64,000 bases of DNA, from the IMG/VR virus record IMGVR_UViG_3300045999_008996, positions 158,564-222,563 of that record. One strand, written 5' to 3'. A model generated the notes under the pieces. The model searched no databases. It had not been told where the DNA came from and was given only the letters and a program-made list of their open reading frames with translations. The position numbers were made by a program, and so were the translations under genes. This document shows positions 1-8,036 of this stretch, in pieces. The first letter of the stretch is position 1, and each line of letters opens with the position of its first letter.

Positions 1-241
1 CTACTTGTTCTTTTTGAGTTCCTTTTTTGCGTGGATGCTTTTTAAGAAACTCTTGTGCTTGGGATGCTTTTTTTCGTTTTTGAGAAGCACTTCTAAACCT
101 TTCTAGGTTCGCATCAATATCTCTATTAAATTTGTTTACCCTTTCTTCATAATCATCTTGTTTTTTAAAACCACCCAAACCCTCATTCATAACAACTTCC
201 ATATATGCTTCTTGAAGACTACGAAAATTTTGTGCGTCCAT
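1..241 (-). CDS. Hypothetical late protein, 5' part only (MDAQNFRSLQEAYMEVVMNEG...), possibly an internal head protein
   Basis: ATG at 241, frame open to the window edge; TATAAATA late promoter at 261-268. Confidence 0.7.
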   Translation of the reverse strand, partial: MDAQNFRSLQEAYMEVVMNEGLGGFKKQDDYEERVNKFNRDIDANLERFRSASQKRKKASQAQEFLKKHPRKKGTQKEQV

Positions 242-260
242 TCTACTAATACTTTTTAGA

Positions 261-282
261 TATTTATATTTTTTCATAAATA
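261..282. promoter_or_regulatory. Divergent T4-type late promoters (TATAAATA on -, CATAAATA on +)
   Basis: tatttata 261-268 and cataaata 275-282 lie between divergent gene sets; gp55 is encoded in the window. Confidence 0.6.
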
Positions 283-307
283 TCATTGTATCATTTGGGA
301 CAGTGCA

Positions 308-421
308 GTGGCAAAGTCTGCAAACAAAGGCAAGAAGGGTTCCGCTGGCGGTAAGCAATCTAAACAAAATCAAGGTAATGCGACTGCGAAAAAGGCAAAG
401 AACGGCGGCAAGAAGAAGTGA
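308..421 (+). CDS. Small Lys/Gly-rich basic peptide MAKSANKGKKGSAGGKQSKQNQGNATAKKAKNGGKKK (37 aa)
   Basis: GTG 308 to TGA 421, directly followed by the next ORF; more plausible than track ORF 303..488. Confidence 0.6.
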   Translation: MAKSANKGKKGSAGGKQSKQNQGNATAKKAKNGGKKK

Positions 422-424
422 TAT

Positions 425-616
425 ATGCCACGCGAATGGAATACTCCCAAGCGTGAGCGATGGAACGCACCAATACATAATATTCTAAAAGCAATTGATA
501 ATCACACTCAAGAATACTTCAAGAGTGGTGATGTTTGGCATCTAGAAAAAGCAGATATGTTAAGGAAATATCTTCACGAACTTAAGACCTGGATACATAA
601 ACAAGAAGGAAGATGA
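425..616 (+). CDS. Hypothetical cyanophage protein
   Basis: ORF track; overlaps next ORF by ATGA. Confidence 0.7.
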   Translation: MPREWNTPKRERWNAPIHNILKAIDNHTQEYFKSGDVWHLEKADMLRKYLHELKTWIHKQEGR

Positions 617-732
617 ATGAAATAGTTTGGTCAGTGAATATTATGCTCGCTATTGGAATGATTGGAGTTGCTTGGATAATTTATAAAATTTTACTTTTTG
701 CAAATCAAGAAAATGAAAGCGATCATAGTTGA
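613..732 (+). CDS. Small single-TM protein (MNEIVWSVNIMLAIGMIGVAWIIYKILLFANQENESDHS)
   Basis: Manual translation; ATGA coupling with upstream ORF. Confidence 0.55.
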   Translation: MNEIVWSVNIMLAIGMIGVAWIIYKILLFANQENESDHS

Positions 733-868
733 GTTTTTAATTCTTGCTCGTCTTTTAACTCATGATTGGATAATGCTTGAGAATAGAAGACCTATTCCTA
801 AAAGACAACCACCAGAAATAATTCGTTTTATTCGTAGACCTGCTAAAAGAGGTAGAAAACTAAAATGA
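713..868 (+). CDS. Small basic protein (MKAIIVEFLILARLL...RRPAKRGRKLK)
   Basis: Manual translation; ATGA overlap with ORF at 865. Confidence 0.5.
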   Translation: MKAIIVEFLILARLLTHDWIMLENRRPIPKRQPPEIIRFIRRPAKRGRKLK

Positions 869-1125
869 AAAATATCAGTTCATTCACAGCAATTAGGTTA
901 ATAATTCTTGGATGGTCTGCTACTTTATTGACACTAAACTATATGGATTACTTAAAAAAAATGGATGCTACTTTCATAGCATCCGTATTTACTTCTGCAC
1001 TAGCAACTTTTGGAGTTGATGCAGCTAACAAAAAATCAAAGACCAGCCTTGATAAATCTGTAGATTGTGATGCCTGCAGATCCAAGAGTAGCAAAGAGAG
1101 CACCCAAACTACTGAAGAAACCTGA
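865..1125 (+). CDS. Two-TM membrane protein, holin candidate
   Basis: Two hydrophobic segments and a charged tail; near the endolysin. Confidence 0.55.
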   Translation: MKNISSFTAIRLIILGWSATLLTLNYMDYLKKMDATFIASVFTSALATFGVDAANKKSKTSLDKSVDCDACRSKSSKESTQTTEET

Positions 1126-1815
1126 TATCTTTTCTTCCAAAGGTTTTCTTTCTACGTGAAATAACTCTCTATTATCATATATCCATTGCCACATAGATAT
1201 TCTCATATCTTCTGGAACTAATGGATCAATCCAGGAACTAATTTCACTTTCTCTATCTCCAACAAGGATTCCGCTTTTATTGTAAGTGCGTATTCTTGTA
1301 ATATTGTATTCACCAGTATAATCTACTTGTTTGTCAGCAATTTCATCAGCAACCTAAAAGTCAATATCTGCTTGAACACGCTCATAATGAGTTTTCATAA
1401 AAGTAACATCCAATTCAACATCACCGTTTTCTGGTCTATAAGGATGTGAAACACCATTCACACAAACTTCAAGTGTTCCTGGATGTAGTTTATTTTGAGT
1501 TGGGAATACTTGGCAGATTAATGGTTTAGGAATCAACCAGGATGTTTTCGTTAAAGCAAAGTATGGAATTCCAATAGAGAGAGTAATTGGTATTCCAAAA
1601 GCAAGTATTCTTTTTCGGTGACTGTTAATTATCGTCTGGGCAGCTTCACCAAGATCTTTTGTTCTAGCAGCGTGGATTACCAAAAGATTACGAAACGATT
1701 GTAGTCTTTTACGAAATCCAAGTTCATATTGCGATTCTTCAGCAACAAGTATCATATTATCCAGCTTCTGTAACAAGACCACATGATCTGTGTTGTTACA
1801 TTGCTCGGCGGGCAT
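1036..1815 (-). pseudogene. Membrane protein gene of 259 codons interrupted by an in-frame TAG at 1354-1356
   Basis: After ...QADIDF-TAG the same frame stays open for 105 codons (VADEIADKQVDY...GITIYRFIKAGL) to TGA 1036-1038. Confidence 0.6.
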
Positions 1816-1859
1816 TTATTTAATACTAGACGATATGACTATTTATTGATTGTAACAAA

Positions 1860-2318
1860 TTATGAAAACCAAAGTTTACCTTCTGCAACTCTTCTTCTCT
1901 TCAATCCCGCTTCCACACTTGTTCCTGGGTTATGATAAAGATATAAAGCATCAGGTACCTTAGTCCATTCTTTATTTTTAAGAACTCTGGTTATGGTATT
2001 AAAATTGGAAGACCCGTAAAAACCAGCACCAAGATTATAAGCAAAAGAAAGAAGTGCTCCTTTTTGATTTTCATTCATTTCACTCCAGTAAGGTATTCTT
2101 TGTAGTGATGGCAAAAATCTATTCTTTAAATCAAATTCAAGTAGAGTGTCTGCATACTTTTGAGTAATCACTCTACCTATTTTGAAGGGTGTCCCATCAA
2201 AGTCTTTAGTGCTTCCCCAACCAATTGTAATCGGCGGTCCTTTTGTTAAAGGATCTGGATAAGCATTTAAATGACATCCTTCAAACTCTTTGATTAAATT
2301 AATGCCAACCAACGGCAC
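1860..2318 (-). CDS. GH24 phage lysozyme domain, probably the -1 frame extension of the upstream ORF
   Basis: IKEFEGCHLNAYPDP...TIGWG catalytic motif; GLKRRRVAE C-terminus. Confidence 0.9.
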   Translation of the reverse strand: MPLVGINLIKEFEGCHLNAYPDPLTKGPPITIGWGSTKDFDGTPFKIGRVITQKYADTLLEFDLKNRFLPSLQRIPYWSEMNENQKGALLSFAYNLGAGFYGSSNFNTITRVLKNKEWTKVPDALYLYHNPGTSVEAGLKRRRVAEGKLWFS

Positions 2319-2350
2319 TTCATTGGCATTATTAATGTTAGTTGGCGCTT

Positions 2351-3046
2351 CTACTTTTTTGCATCAAAAATACGACCCCAACCAGTCTTATCTCTTCCTT
2401 TTTCTAACCAACGATAAGTAAGGTCTGACTTTTTATAGACTGAACCTTTACCATTCGTAACTGGTCCAGTGTAACCATCGTTTAGAGAACCATAAGGATC
2501 GTTAACAACGTAGTCCTCACCTTTCTTTCCAATCACTACAACCATGTGCCCGCCAGTAGGATTAGATAAAGAGCCGCGGTGCAGGATACCAATAACGACA
2601 GGTCTCCCAGCAGATAACTCACGATCAAGATCAACAAACCCAAGATTGTAACTAAAGCGTGACTTAATTCCATAATTTTCCAGAACTTTTGTCTGGACGG
2701 TGTGATCAGTTGAATCACCAATCGCAAAAACTTTTTGGACATAGGCATCATCGCCTTTTGCTCCTTGAAGCGTACCTGGTTTGAAATACTCTAGGCACAT
2801 CGCACAAGCAGATGAGTTGCAAGTTCTTTGTGCATCTCTATAATTATCTGTTTGTGGATAAAAAGGAACAGGAAGAACTCCAGGAACAGTTGGTTTTGTT
2901 CTATAAATTCTAACCCAATTAGAAGTGTCTTCAAGCAAATCTGGGTTCTTACTTACAAGATCAACCTCAAATTGTTCTACAGCAGCAACATGCTTTGGAT
3001 TGTTCTCATCATAATGTTTAAAAAAGTTATGAAGATCTACTCTCAT
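2351..3046 (-). CDS. Endolysin N-terminal part with C39-like (papain-fold) peptidase domain
   Basis: VPFYPQ...TCNSSACAM, GGHMVVVIG, VNDPYG motifs; late-type AATAAATA upstream. Confidence 0.8.
   Translation of the reverse strand: MRVDLHNFFKHYDENNPKHVAAVEQFEVDLVSKNPDLLEDTSNWVRIYRTKPTVPGVLPVPFYPQTDNYRDAQRTCNSSACAMCLEYFKPGTLQGAKGDDAYVQKVFAIGDSTDHTVQTKVLENYGIKSRFSYNLGFVDLDRELSAGRPVVIGILHRGSLSNPTGGHMVVVIGKKGEDYVVNDPYGSLNDGYTGPVTNGKGSVYKKSDLTYRWLEKGRDKTGWGRIFDAKK
2354..2360 (-). other. Candidate -1 ribosomal frameshift heptamer A AAA AAG
   Basis: GCA AAA AAG TAG; the -1 frame reads KVEAPTNINNANEVPLVG into the lysozyme. Confidence 0.7.
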
Positions 3047-3076
3047 TGTCTCTATTAATTAGATATTTTATTTATT

Positions 3077-3102
3077 AAAAAAGCGTCCTTTCGGACGCTT
3101 TT
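3077..3102 (-). terminator. Intrinsic terminator after peroxiredoxin
   Basis: AAAAGCGTCC-GAAA-GGACGCTTTTTT. Confidence 0.8.
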
Positions 3103-3110
3103 GAGTATCT

Positions 3111-3638
3111 TCAAACAGTTGCAGTTTCTCGAACTGTAGATTTTACATAATCCAGAACATTCTCTGGAGTAGTTGCTTCGTAAGGGTCACTGTCTGCATT
3201 GTCTCGCTGACCTGCCTCAACGAATAGTTTTTCGATGATTCCGTTATCCACGACTGCAGCATAACGCCAAGAGCGGTCGCCGAAACCAAGGTTAGACTTA
3301 TTGACGAGCATACCCATAGAGCGTGTGAAGTAAGCATTTCCGTCTGGGATAAGTTTTACGTTCTTGATGTTCTGATCTTGTCCCCAAGCATTCATTACAA
3401 ACCCATCATTAACAGAGATGCAGTAAATAGCGTCGATGCCACTACCAATAAAGTCTTCGTATTTCTCTTCGAATCCAGGAAGCTGATAGGAACTGCAAGT
3501 AGGAGTGAAAGCACCAGGCAGACTAAACAAGACCACACGCTTTCCATCGAAAAGTTCTGCAGTTGTGCAATTTACAAACTCTCCATTCTCGCGGAATACA
3601 AATTCAACTTGAGGAACTTGGTATTGTTCTTTACGCAT
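3111..3638 (-). CDS. Peroxiredoxin (type II / Prx5 family)
   Basis: VVLFSLPGAFTPTCS, SVNDGFVMNAW, RSWRYA motifs; GGAGG SD before MRKEQ. Confidence 0.9.
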   Translation of the reverse strand: MRKEQYQVPQVEFVFRENGEFVNCTTAELFDGKRVVLFSLPGAFTPTCSSYQLPGFEEKYEDFIGSGIDAIYCISVNDGFVMNAWGQDQNIKNVKLIPDGNAYFTRSMGMLVNKSNLGFGDRSWRYAAVVDNGIIEKLFVEAGQRDNADSDPYEATTPENVLDYVKSTVRETATV

Positions 3639-3687
3639 TTTAACCTCCATAGTATTTTCTTTTTTCTTAAAAATATTAAACATTAAT

Positions 3688-3795
3688 TCACCAGATTCCT
3701 GGAATGATTTGTCCAGTAAGGGCATAAGAACCCATTGCGGCAACAATACCAATCATTGCTGCCCAACCATTAATACGTTCTGCGCGTTCGTTCAT
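3688..3795 (-). CDS. hli: High-light inducible protein (35 aa)
   Basis: MNERAERINGWAAMIGIVAAMGSYALTGQIIPGIW with AExxNGxxAMxG and TGQIIPG motifs; GGAG SD; absent from ORF track. Confidence 0.9.
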   Translation of the reverse strand: MNERAERINGWAAMIGIVAAMGSYALTGQIIPGIW

Positions 3796-3807
3796 TGTTT
3801 TTCTCCT

Positions 3808-3993
3808 TTAGTTTACTTTAGAATAGATAGAAGTTTCACCATAATCACGGTGAATTTTGTAACCAACAACTGCACCCTTAGTATTCATAAGTGCAGGCAT
3901 AAAGACAATTGTGAAGAATACTGCTGGTGCTCCAATAAACAGAGCAGCAACAATCACATAATAAGTCAGCAGTTCAATTAGAGAGTGTTCCAT
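3808..3993 (-). CDS. Small membrane protein
   Basis: MEHSLIELLTYYVIVAALFIGAP..., hydrophobic. Confidence 0.65.
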   Translation of the reverse strand: MEHSLIELLTYYVIVAALFIGAPAVFFTIVFMPALMNTKGAVVGYKIHRDYGETSIYSKVN

Positions 3994-4252
3994 TATAAGG
4001 GTGTTGTTGTTTGAGTTCAGGATTTGGTTGTGAAGGAACAACTGGGTTCCTTGATTTGTTTTTAATTACGATGAAAGCATCGTTTTGATAAGATACAGTT
4101 CCAAATGGTTTTGCCCATTTTGGGTTTGCGTTTGGACTAGTAGCAGTTCCTGTGACTGCTACTCCACCAATTTCAACTGAGATGTCATCATCTTTATCCC
4201 ATCCAAGTGTTTGAAGTGCAATTGCAAATTGCCCTAGCATATCAGCACTCAT
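3974..4252 (-). CDS. Hypothetical cyanophage protein
   Basis: ORF track; tightly packed operon. Confidence 0.7.
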   Translation of the reverse strand: MSADMLGQFAIALQTLGWDKDDDISVEIGGVAVTGTATSPNANPKWAKPFGTVSYQNDAFIVIKNKSRNPVVPSQPNPELKQQHPYNGTLSN

Positions 4253-4683
4253 CAGAATGCCTTTCCGAGAACATCACGAACTTCTGTTACAGAGTCATAA
4301 TTATCTCCAGCAACAGAGATGATTGCTTGAGTATCACGGCACCAGACAAGCACTTTCATATTACCAACTGTTGCCCATTGTGAATTACTATTGCTATCAG
4401 ACATATCACGAGCACCAAGTTCAAAAAACTTAGAGCGAGCAGTATTCCGACAAGCAATGTTATTTGGAGTGGAACGAACACCAAGAGACATTGAAGGGGG
4501 AGTAGATCCTCCAGAACTAAGAGCACCAAACGTAGCAGCAGTGCGACCACCAACTTCAGATTTAACTGGTGCAGATGCCATTACAACTGGTTTTGGTGAA
4601 GTAACTTCTTCAGCAAGAATTGGAGCACAAAAAGGAGTAACAGGAATTGCTACGGCAGCAGCAAGAAGAATATTATTAATCAT
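4252..4683 (-). CDS. Secreted/periplasmic hypothetical protein
   Basis: Signal-peptide-like [15 protein letters not shown]...; coupled to petF stop. Confidence 0.65.
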   Translation of the reverse strand: MINNILLAAAVAIPVTPFCAPILAEEVTSPKPVVMASAPVKSEVGGRTAATFGALSSGGSTPPSMSLGVRSTPNNIACRNTARSKFFELGARDMSDSNSNSQWATVGNMKVLVWCRDTQAIISVAGDNYDSVTEVRDVLGKAF

Positions 4684-4976
4684 CACAGATTCTCTTCCTG
4701 TTCGGCGAGAATTACACAATCACTTGTGGGATAAGCAACGCAAGTGAGAACCCAACCTTCTGCTTGTTGGTCATCATCAAGAAACGATTGTTCTTCGTTG
4801 TCAACTGTGCCGCTAATGAGTTTCCCAGCACAGGCAGAGCAAGCACCTGCCTTACATGATGAAGGGAGGTCAACACCTGCCTCTTCTGCTGCTTCAAGGA
4901 TATATTGGTCATCAGCACATTGGATAGTAGTTTCAGTGCCATCAGGAGATTGGAGAGTGACGTTAAAAGTAGCCAT
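4683..4976 (-). CDS. petF: Plant-type [2Fe-2S] ferredoxin
   Basis: [13 protein letters not shown]...VLTCVAYP. Confidence 0.95.
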   Translation of the reverse strand: MATFNVTLQSPDGTETTIQCADDQYILEAAEEAGVDLPSSCKAGACSACAGKLISGTVDNEEQSFLDDDQQAEGWVLTCVAYPTSDCVILAEQEENL

Positions 4977-5062
4977 TAGTAAGTCTCACAAAGTTTTTCT
5001 ACGGATGCTGCCAACAGAACGAAGAAGGCAACGGATGTCATTGTAAACAAGAGTGAAGTCAT
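4976..5062 (-). CDS. 28-aa hydrophobic peptide ([28 protein letters not shown])
   Basis: Manual translation; TAATG overlap with petF. Confidence 0.5.
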   Translation of the reverse strand: MTSLLFTMTSVAFFVLLAASVEKLCETY

Positions 5063-5071
5063 TGTCAAGTC

Positions 5072-5281
5072 TCAAATTACTCCAAAGAAGAGGTGCCCAG
5101 TGAGAGCATAAGAAATAAAACCAGCAATAATCCCGAGCATTGCAGTGCGTCCATTCATTTTCTCCGCTTTTTCTGCATAGGGTTCGATGCCATAACGCTC
5201 AAGGTCTTCCTTGGTCATATACATCGCGGGTTCTTTGGCAAACATATTCATTTGCCCAAATTCGTTTTTTGTTACAGTCAT
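5072..5281 (-). CDS. hli: High-light inducible protein, long form
   Basis: NMFAKEP...AEKMNGRTAMLG. Confidence 0.9.
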   Translation of the reverse strand: MTVTKNEFGQMNMFAKEPAMYMTKEDLERYGIEPYAEKAEKMNGRTAMLGIIAGFISYALTGHLFFGVI

Positions 5282-5282
5282 T

Positions 5283-5361
5283 GTTACATTCATTAAGAAT
5301 TGTTACACAATTATATAGGAAAAATAAAGGGATGTCAAGCACCCCCTGTATCATATGATAC
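5283..5361 (-). promoter_or_regulatory. Consensus sigma70 promoter with HLR1 (RpaB)-like repeats and an NtcA box
   Basis: TTGACA(5333-5338)-17-TATAAT(5310-5315); GTTACATT/ATTAAGAA/GTTACACA 5283-5309; GTA-N8-TAC palindrome 5348-5361. Confidence 0.65.
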
Positions 5362-5376
5362 TTATTTTGTTAAGGT

Positions 5377-6339
5377 TTACTGACCAATACGGTTCACAGC
5401 AATCCTTGCACGGTTCAAAATAGAACCAGACAGAGGAACATAACCCAAATCATCAGCAATACTTTGTGCCTTAGAGCTCAGAGCATAGTTCAGAGCAGCA
5501 CGAATATTACTTGTCTTTGCACCATTACCAGTGCGATATGCAAGAACCCAAGTCAGAGTAGAAATAGGATATGCATTTGCACCAGCAGGATTTGGGTTTT
5601 CGCCAGCAAGGTTTGCGTCCAGTTTGATGTTGTTCAGAGCAGCGGCACCAGTTGCAGCGGTGGGAAGAACAAACTTACCTGCCTTGTTTTGAATTGCTGC
5701 TGCTTGAATGCGATTTGCTTTTACAAATCCAGTGTTCACATAACCGATAGAACCAGGGGTCTGACGGATGCGACCAGAAACACCTTCATTACCCTTTGCA
5801 CCAACACCAGTAGGCCATTTAACTGCCTTACCTACACCTGGACCCCATCCACCAAAAGCAGCAAGAGAGTTAGTGAATGCATAAGTGGTTCCAGAACCAT
5901 CAGAACGATACACAGGAGTGATAGGACCAGCAGAACAACCAAGTGCTTTCCAATCCCTAATACGACCAGCAAAAATATCTACAGTCTGCTTCTGGGTGAG
6001 TTTCAGATTGCATCCTTTCTTGTTATAAGCAACAGCAATCGTTCCACCAACCATAGGAATCTGAACGACACCACGCTTTACTTTGGCGACATCTGCTGCG
6101 GAGATTGGTTCGTCACTTGCTCCAAAGTCAATTGTGCCCGCAATGAATTGACGAACACCAGCACCAGAACCAACGGACTGATAATTAACCCTACTCCCAG
6201 AAGTTCGTGCATAATCTTGGAACCATCGTTGATAAATGGGTGCGGGGAAGGTGGCACCAGCACTGTTCAGAGCAGGTCCAGCGAAAGCAGCAACAGGAGC
6301 AGCAACCAGACCAACAGCAATAAAGTTTTTGAGTTTCAT
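5377..6339 (-). CDS. pstS: Phosphate ABC transporter substrate-binding protein
   Basis: AGATFPAP, GSGAG, DFGASD, RSDGSGTT motifs. Confidence 0.95.
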   Translation of the reverse strand: MKLKNFIAVGLVAAPVAAFAGPALNSAGATFPAPIYQRWFQDYARTSGSRVNYQSVGSGAGVRQFIAGTIDFGASDEPISAADVAKVKRGVVQIPMVGGTIAVAYNKKGCNLKLTQKQTVDIFAGRIRDWKALGCSAGPITPVYRSDGSGTTYAFTNSLAAFGGWGPGVGKAVKWPTGVGAKGNEGVSGRIRQTPGSIGYVNTGFVKANRIQAAAIQNKAGKFVLPTAATGAAALNNIKLDANLAGENPNPAGANAYPISTLTWVLAYRTGNGAKTSNIRAALNYALSSKAQSIADDLGYVPLSGSILNRARIAVNRIGQ

Positions 6340-6380
6340 AAAAAGTGAATAACTTCGTAAGTAATAATACTAGAAGACAA

Positions 6381-6409
6381 TCTTAAAGTCCACTAAGATT
6401 TGGTTAAGG
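6381..6409 (-). promoter_or_regulatory. Pho box-like repeats upstream of pstS
   Basis: CTTAACCA-aat-CTTAGTGG-ac-TTTAAGAT then TAGTAT -10; no TTGACA. Confidence 0.55.
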
Positions 6410-6424
6410 TTTTCATTACCTAAC

Positions 6425-6452
6425 AAAAAAGTCACCCCATTTGGAGTGACCT
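6425..6452 (-). terminator. Terminator between porin and pstS
   Basis: GTCACTCCA-AA-TGGGGTGAC-TTTTTT. Confidence 0.7.
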
Positions 6453-6474
6453 AACTCAACTTATGAGTGGATTA

Positions 6475-7938
6475 TCAGAACTTGAAGGTAGTCTGGATTA
6501 CACCACCCCAGTTAGAGGAGTTATTAGCAAGACGTTGGTTATCGCTACCATAGATAATAGCGGGAGTAACGCTGATGTTATCAGACACTTGATACTTGTA
6601 GAAGATTTCAAGCATCGTGGACTTCTCAAGGTTTTTGCCAGTAGGTGCTTGACCGATAGCAACACCAGCAGAGTTACCATCAACAAACACATCGTCCCAG
6701 GTCAGACCAGCAAACCAAGATTGACTGTTAGTGGCATCACTTTGAGTGCCACTAACAGTATTCCAACCATAACCGCCAGAGATAGAGGGAACCCAACCAG
6801 ATTGAGTAGGTTGCCAATATGCGTTTACAGCGTAACCATTGGAGGTTTGACCAGGAACCAGAGTGCCAGAAGCACCGTTCAATCCGTTGTAGATGCGAAC
6901 ACGAGTACCTTCAGTGCCATAACGATAACCGAAAGCAGCACCCCAGTTAGTACCACGATATCCAATTTGTGCCAGGGTGTTGAGAGCACCAGACTTATCA
7001 AACTCACCAGTTGCACTATCAGCACCATTCTGTGCCACATAGTTTACACCAGCAACCAGACCTTTAGTTCCATACTGAACACCGAAACCGGAACCAGTTG
7101 CTTTATTATAAACACCTGGAGCACCTGCTACTTGGAAGAAGTCAAGAATGTTTGACTTATATGCAGTAGGAATCCAAGAGATTTCAGTATTACGAACAAG
7201 AGCACCAGCAGTCAGAGTAGTGCTGCCATTGAATACGGGGAACTGATAATAGAGACGATCAATAACTACGTTATTACCAACTTCACTAGTGGTATTATCT
7301 GCTTTATCTAGTTTAAAGATTGAAGAACTAGAACCAAAAGGATCTCCACTGAAGTTAGAAGAACGCAGACGAGTACGAAGCAGATCCTGACCAGTGAATG
7401 AAGTGTCCAGATTCAAACGCAGATCATAGTTGAATGCAGTATGAGTTACATCACCACCTTTGGTCTGGTAGTCATCAACACCACCAAGAACGAAAGATGC
7501 TTCACCTCGAAGTTTTGTAGTGGTGGAAAACTGATGTGCTTCAAGAGCAGTAACCTGTGCTTCCAGTTTGTCTACGCGACCACGAAGAACAGCAAGTTCT
7601 TGAGCAAACTCTGCTTGAAGACGCTTGAGTTCATCAGTAACCTCAGTCACACGATCGAGACAAGCATTCAAAAGTGCTGCTGCCTCGTATCGGGTCATTG
7701 CACGACCACCACCAAAGGTTCCATTGGGATATCCAGCAACGCAACCATAACGCTCTACAAGGTTGCTGAGTGCCTGATATGCCCAATCGGTAGGGCGAAC
7801 ATCAGAAAATTGAGTGACGCTTGTGACCTGTTCCGAAGAATATTGGTTGACTCCATTCATATCAAGATCTGCTGCAATCGCAGCAGGAGCAACCATTCCC
7901 AGAGCAACAGGTGCAAGCATCAGTTGTTTGAGTTTCAT
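6475..7938 (-). CDS. Cyanobacterial outer-membrane porin (Som/OprB type, with SLH domain)
   Basis: FSDVRPTDWAYQAL SLH motif, FSTTTKLRGE, coiled coil, C-terminal TTFKF. Confidence 0.92.
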   Translation of the reverse strand: MKLKQLMLAPVALGMVAPAAIAADLDMNGVNQYSSEQVTSVTQFSDVRPTDWAYQALSNLVERYGCVAGYPNGTFGGGRAMTRYEAAALLNACLDRVTEVTDELKRLQAEFAQELAVLRGRVDKLEAQVTALEAHQFSTTTKLRGEASFVLGGVDDYQTKGGDVTHTAFNYDLRLNLDTSFTGQDLLRTRLRSSNFSGDPFGSSSSIFKLDKADNTTSEVGNNVVIDRLYYQFPVFNGSTTLTAGALVRNTEISWIPTAYKSNILDFFQVAGAPGVYNKATGSGFGVQYGTKGLVAGVNYVAQNGADSATGEFDKSGALNTLAQIGYRGTNWGAAFGYRYGTEGTRVRIYNGLNGASGTLVPGQTSNGYAVNAYWQPTQSGWVPSISGGYGWNTVSGTQSDATNSQSWFAGLTWDDVFVDGNSAGVAIGQAPTGKNLEKSTMLEIFYKYQVSDNISVTPAIIYGSDNQRLANNSSNWGGVIQTTFKF

Positions 7939-8007
7939 AAAAGTGTTTTAGTACTAAACGACATTTAGATTGTTAAGAATTACTACAGAATTCTTAAGTA
8001 CTTATTT

Positions 8008-8036
8008 AGTGTAGCAGTAAATTCTAGAGGTGTCAA
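8008..8036 (-). promoter_or_regulatory. sigma70 promoter of the porin
   Basis: TTGACA-17-TACACT; TTAAGAATT/AATTCTTAA inverted repeat just downstream. Confidence 0.6.

Noticed and set aside
1354-1356. Genome-wide TAG recoding
   Set aside because: TAG ends conserved genes at expected positions (e.g. uvsY, ndhP) and no suppressor tRNA was seen in the window
5464-7968. Long plus-strand ORFs (294, 230 and 175 aa) opposite pstS and the porin
   Set aside because: Antisense shadows of strongly codon-biased genes; no motifs or credible starts
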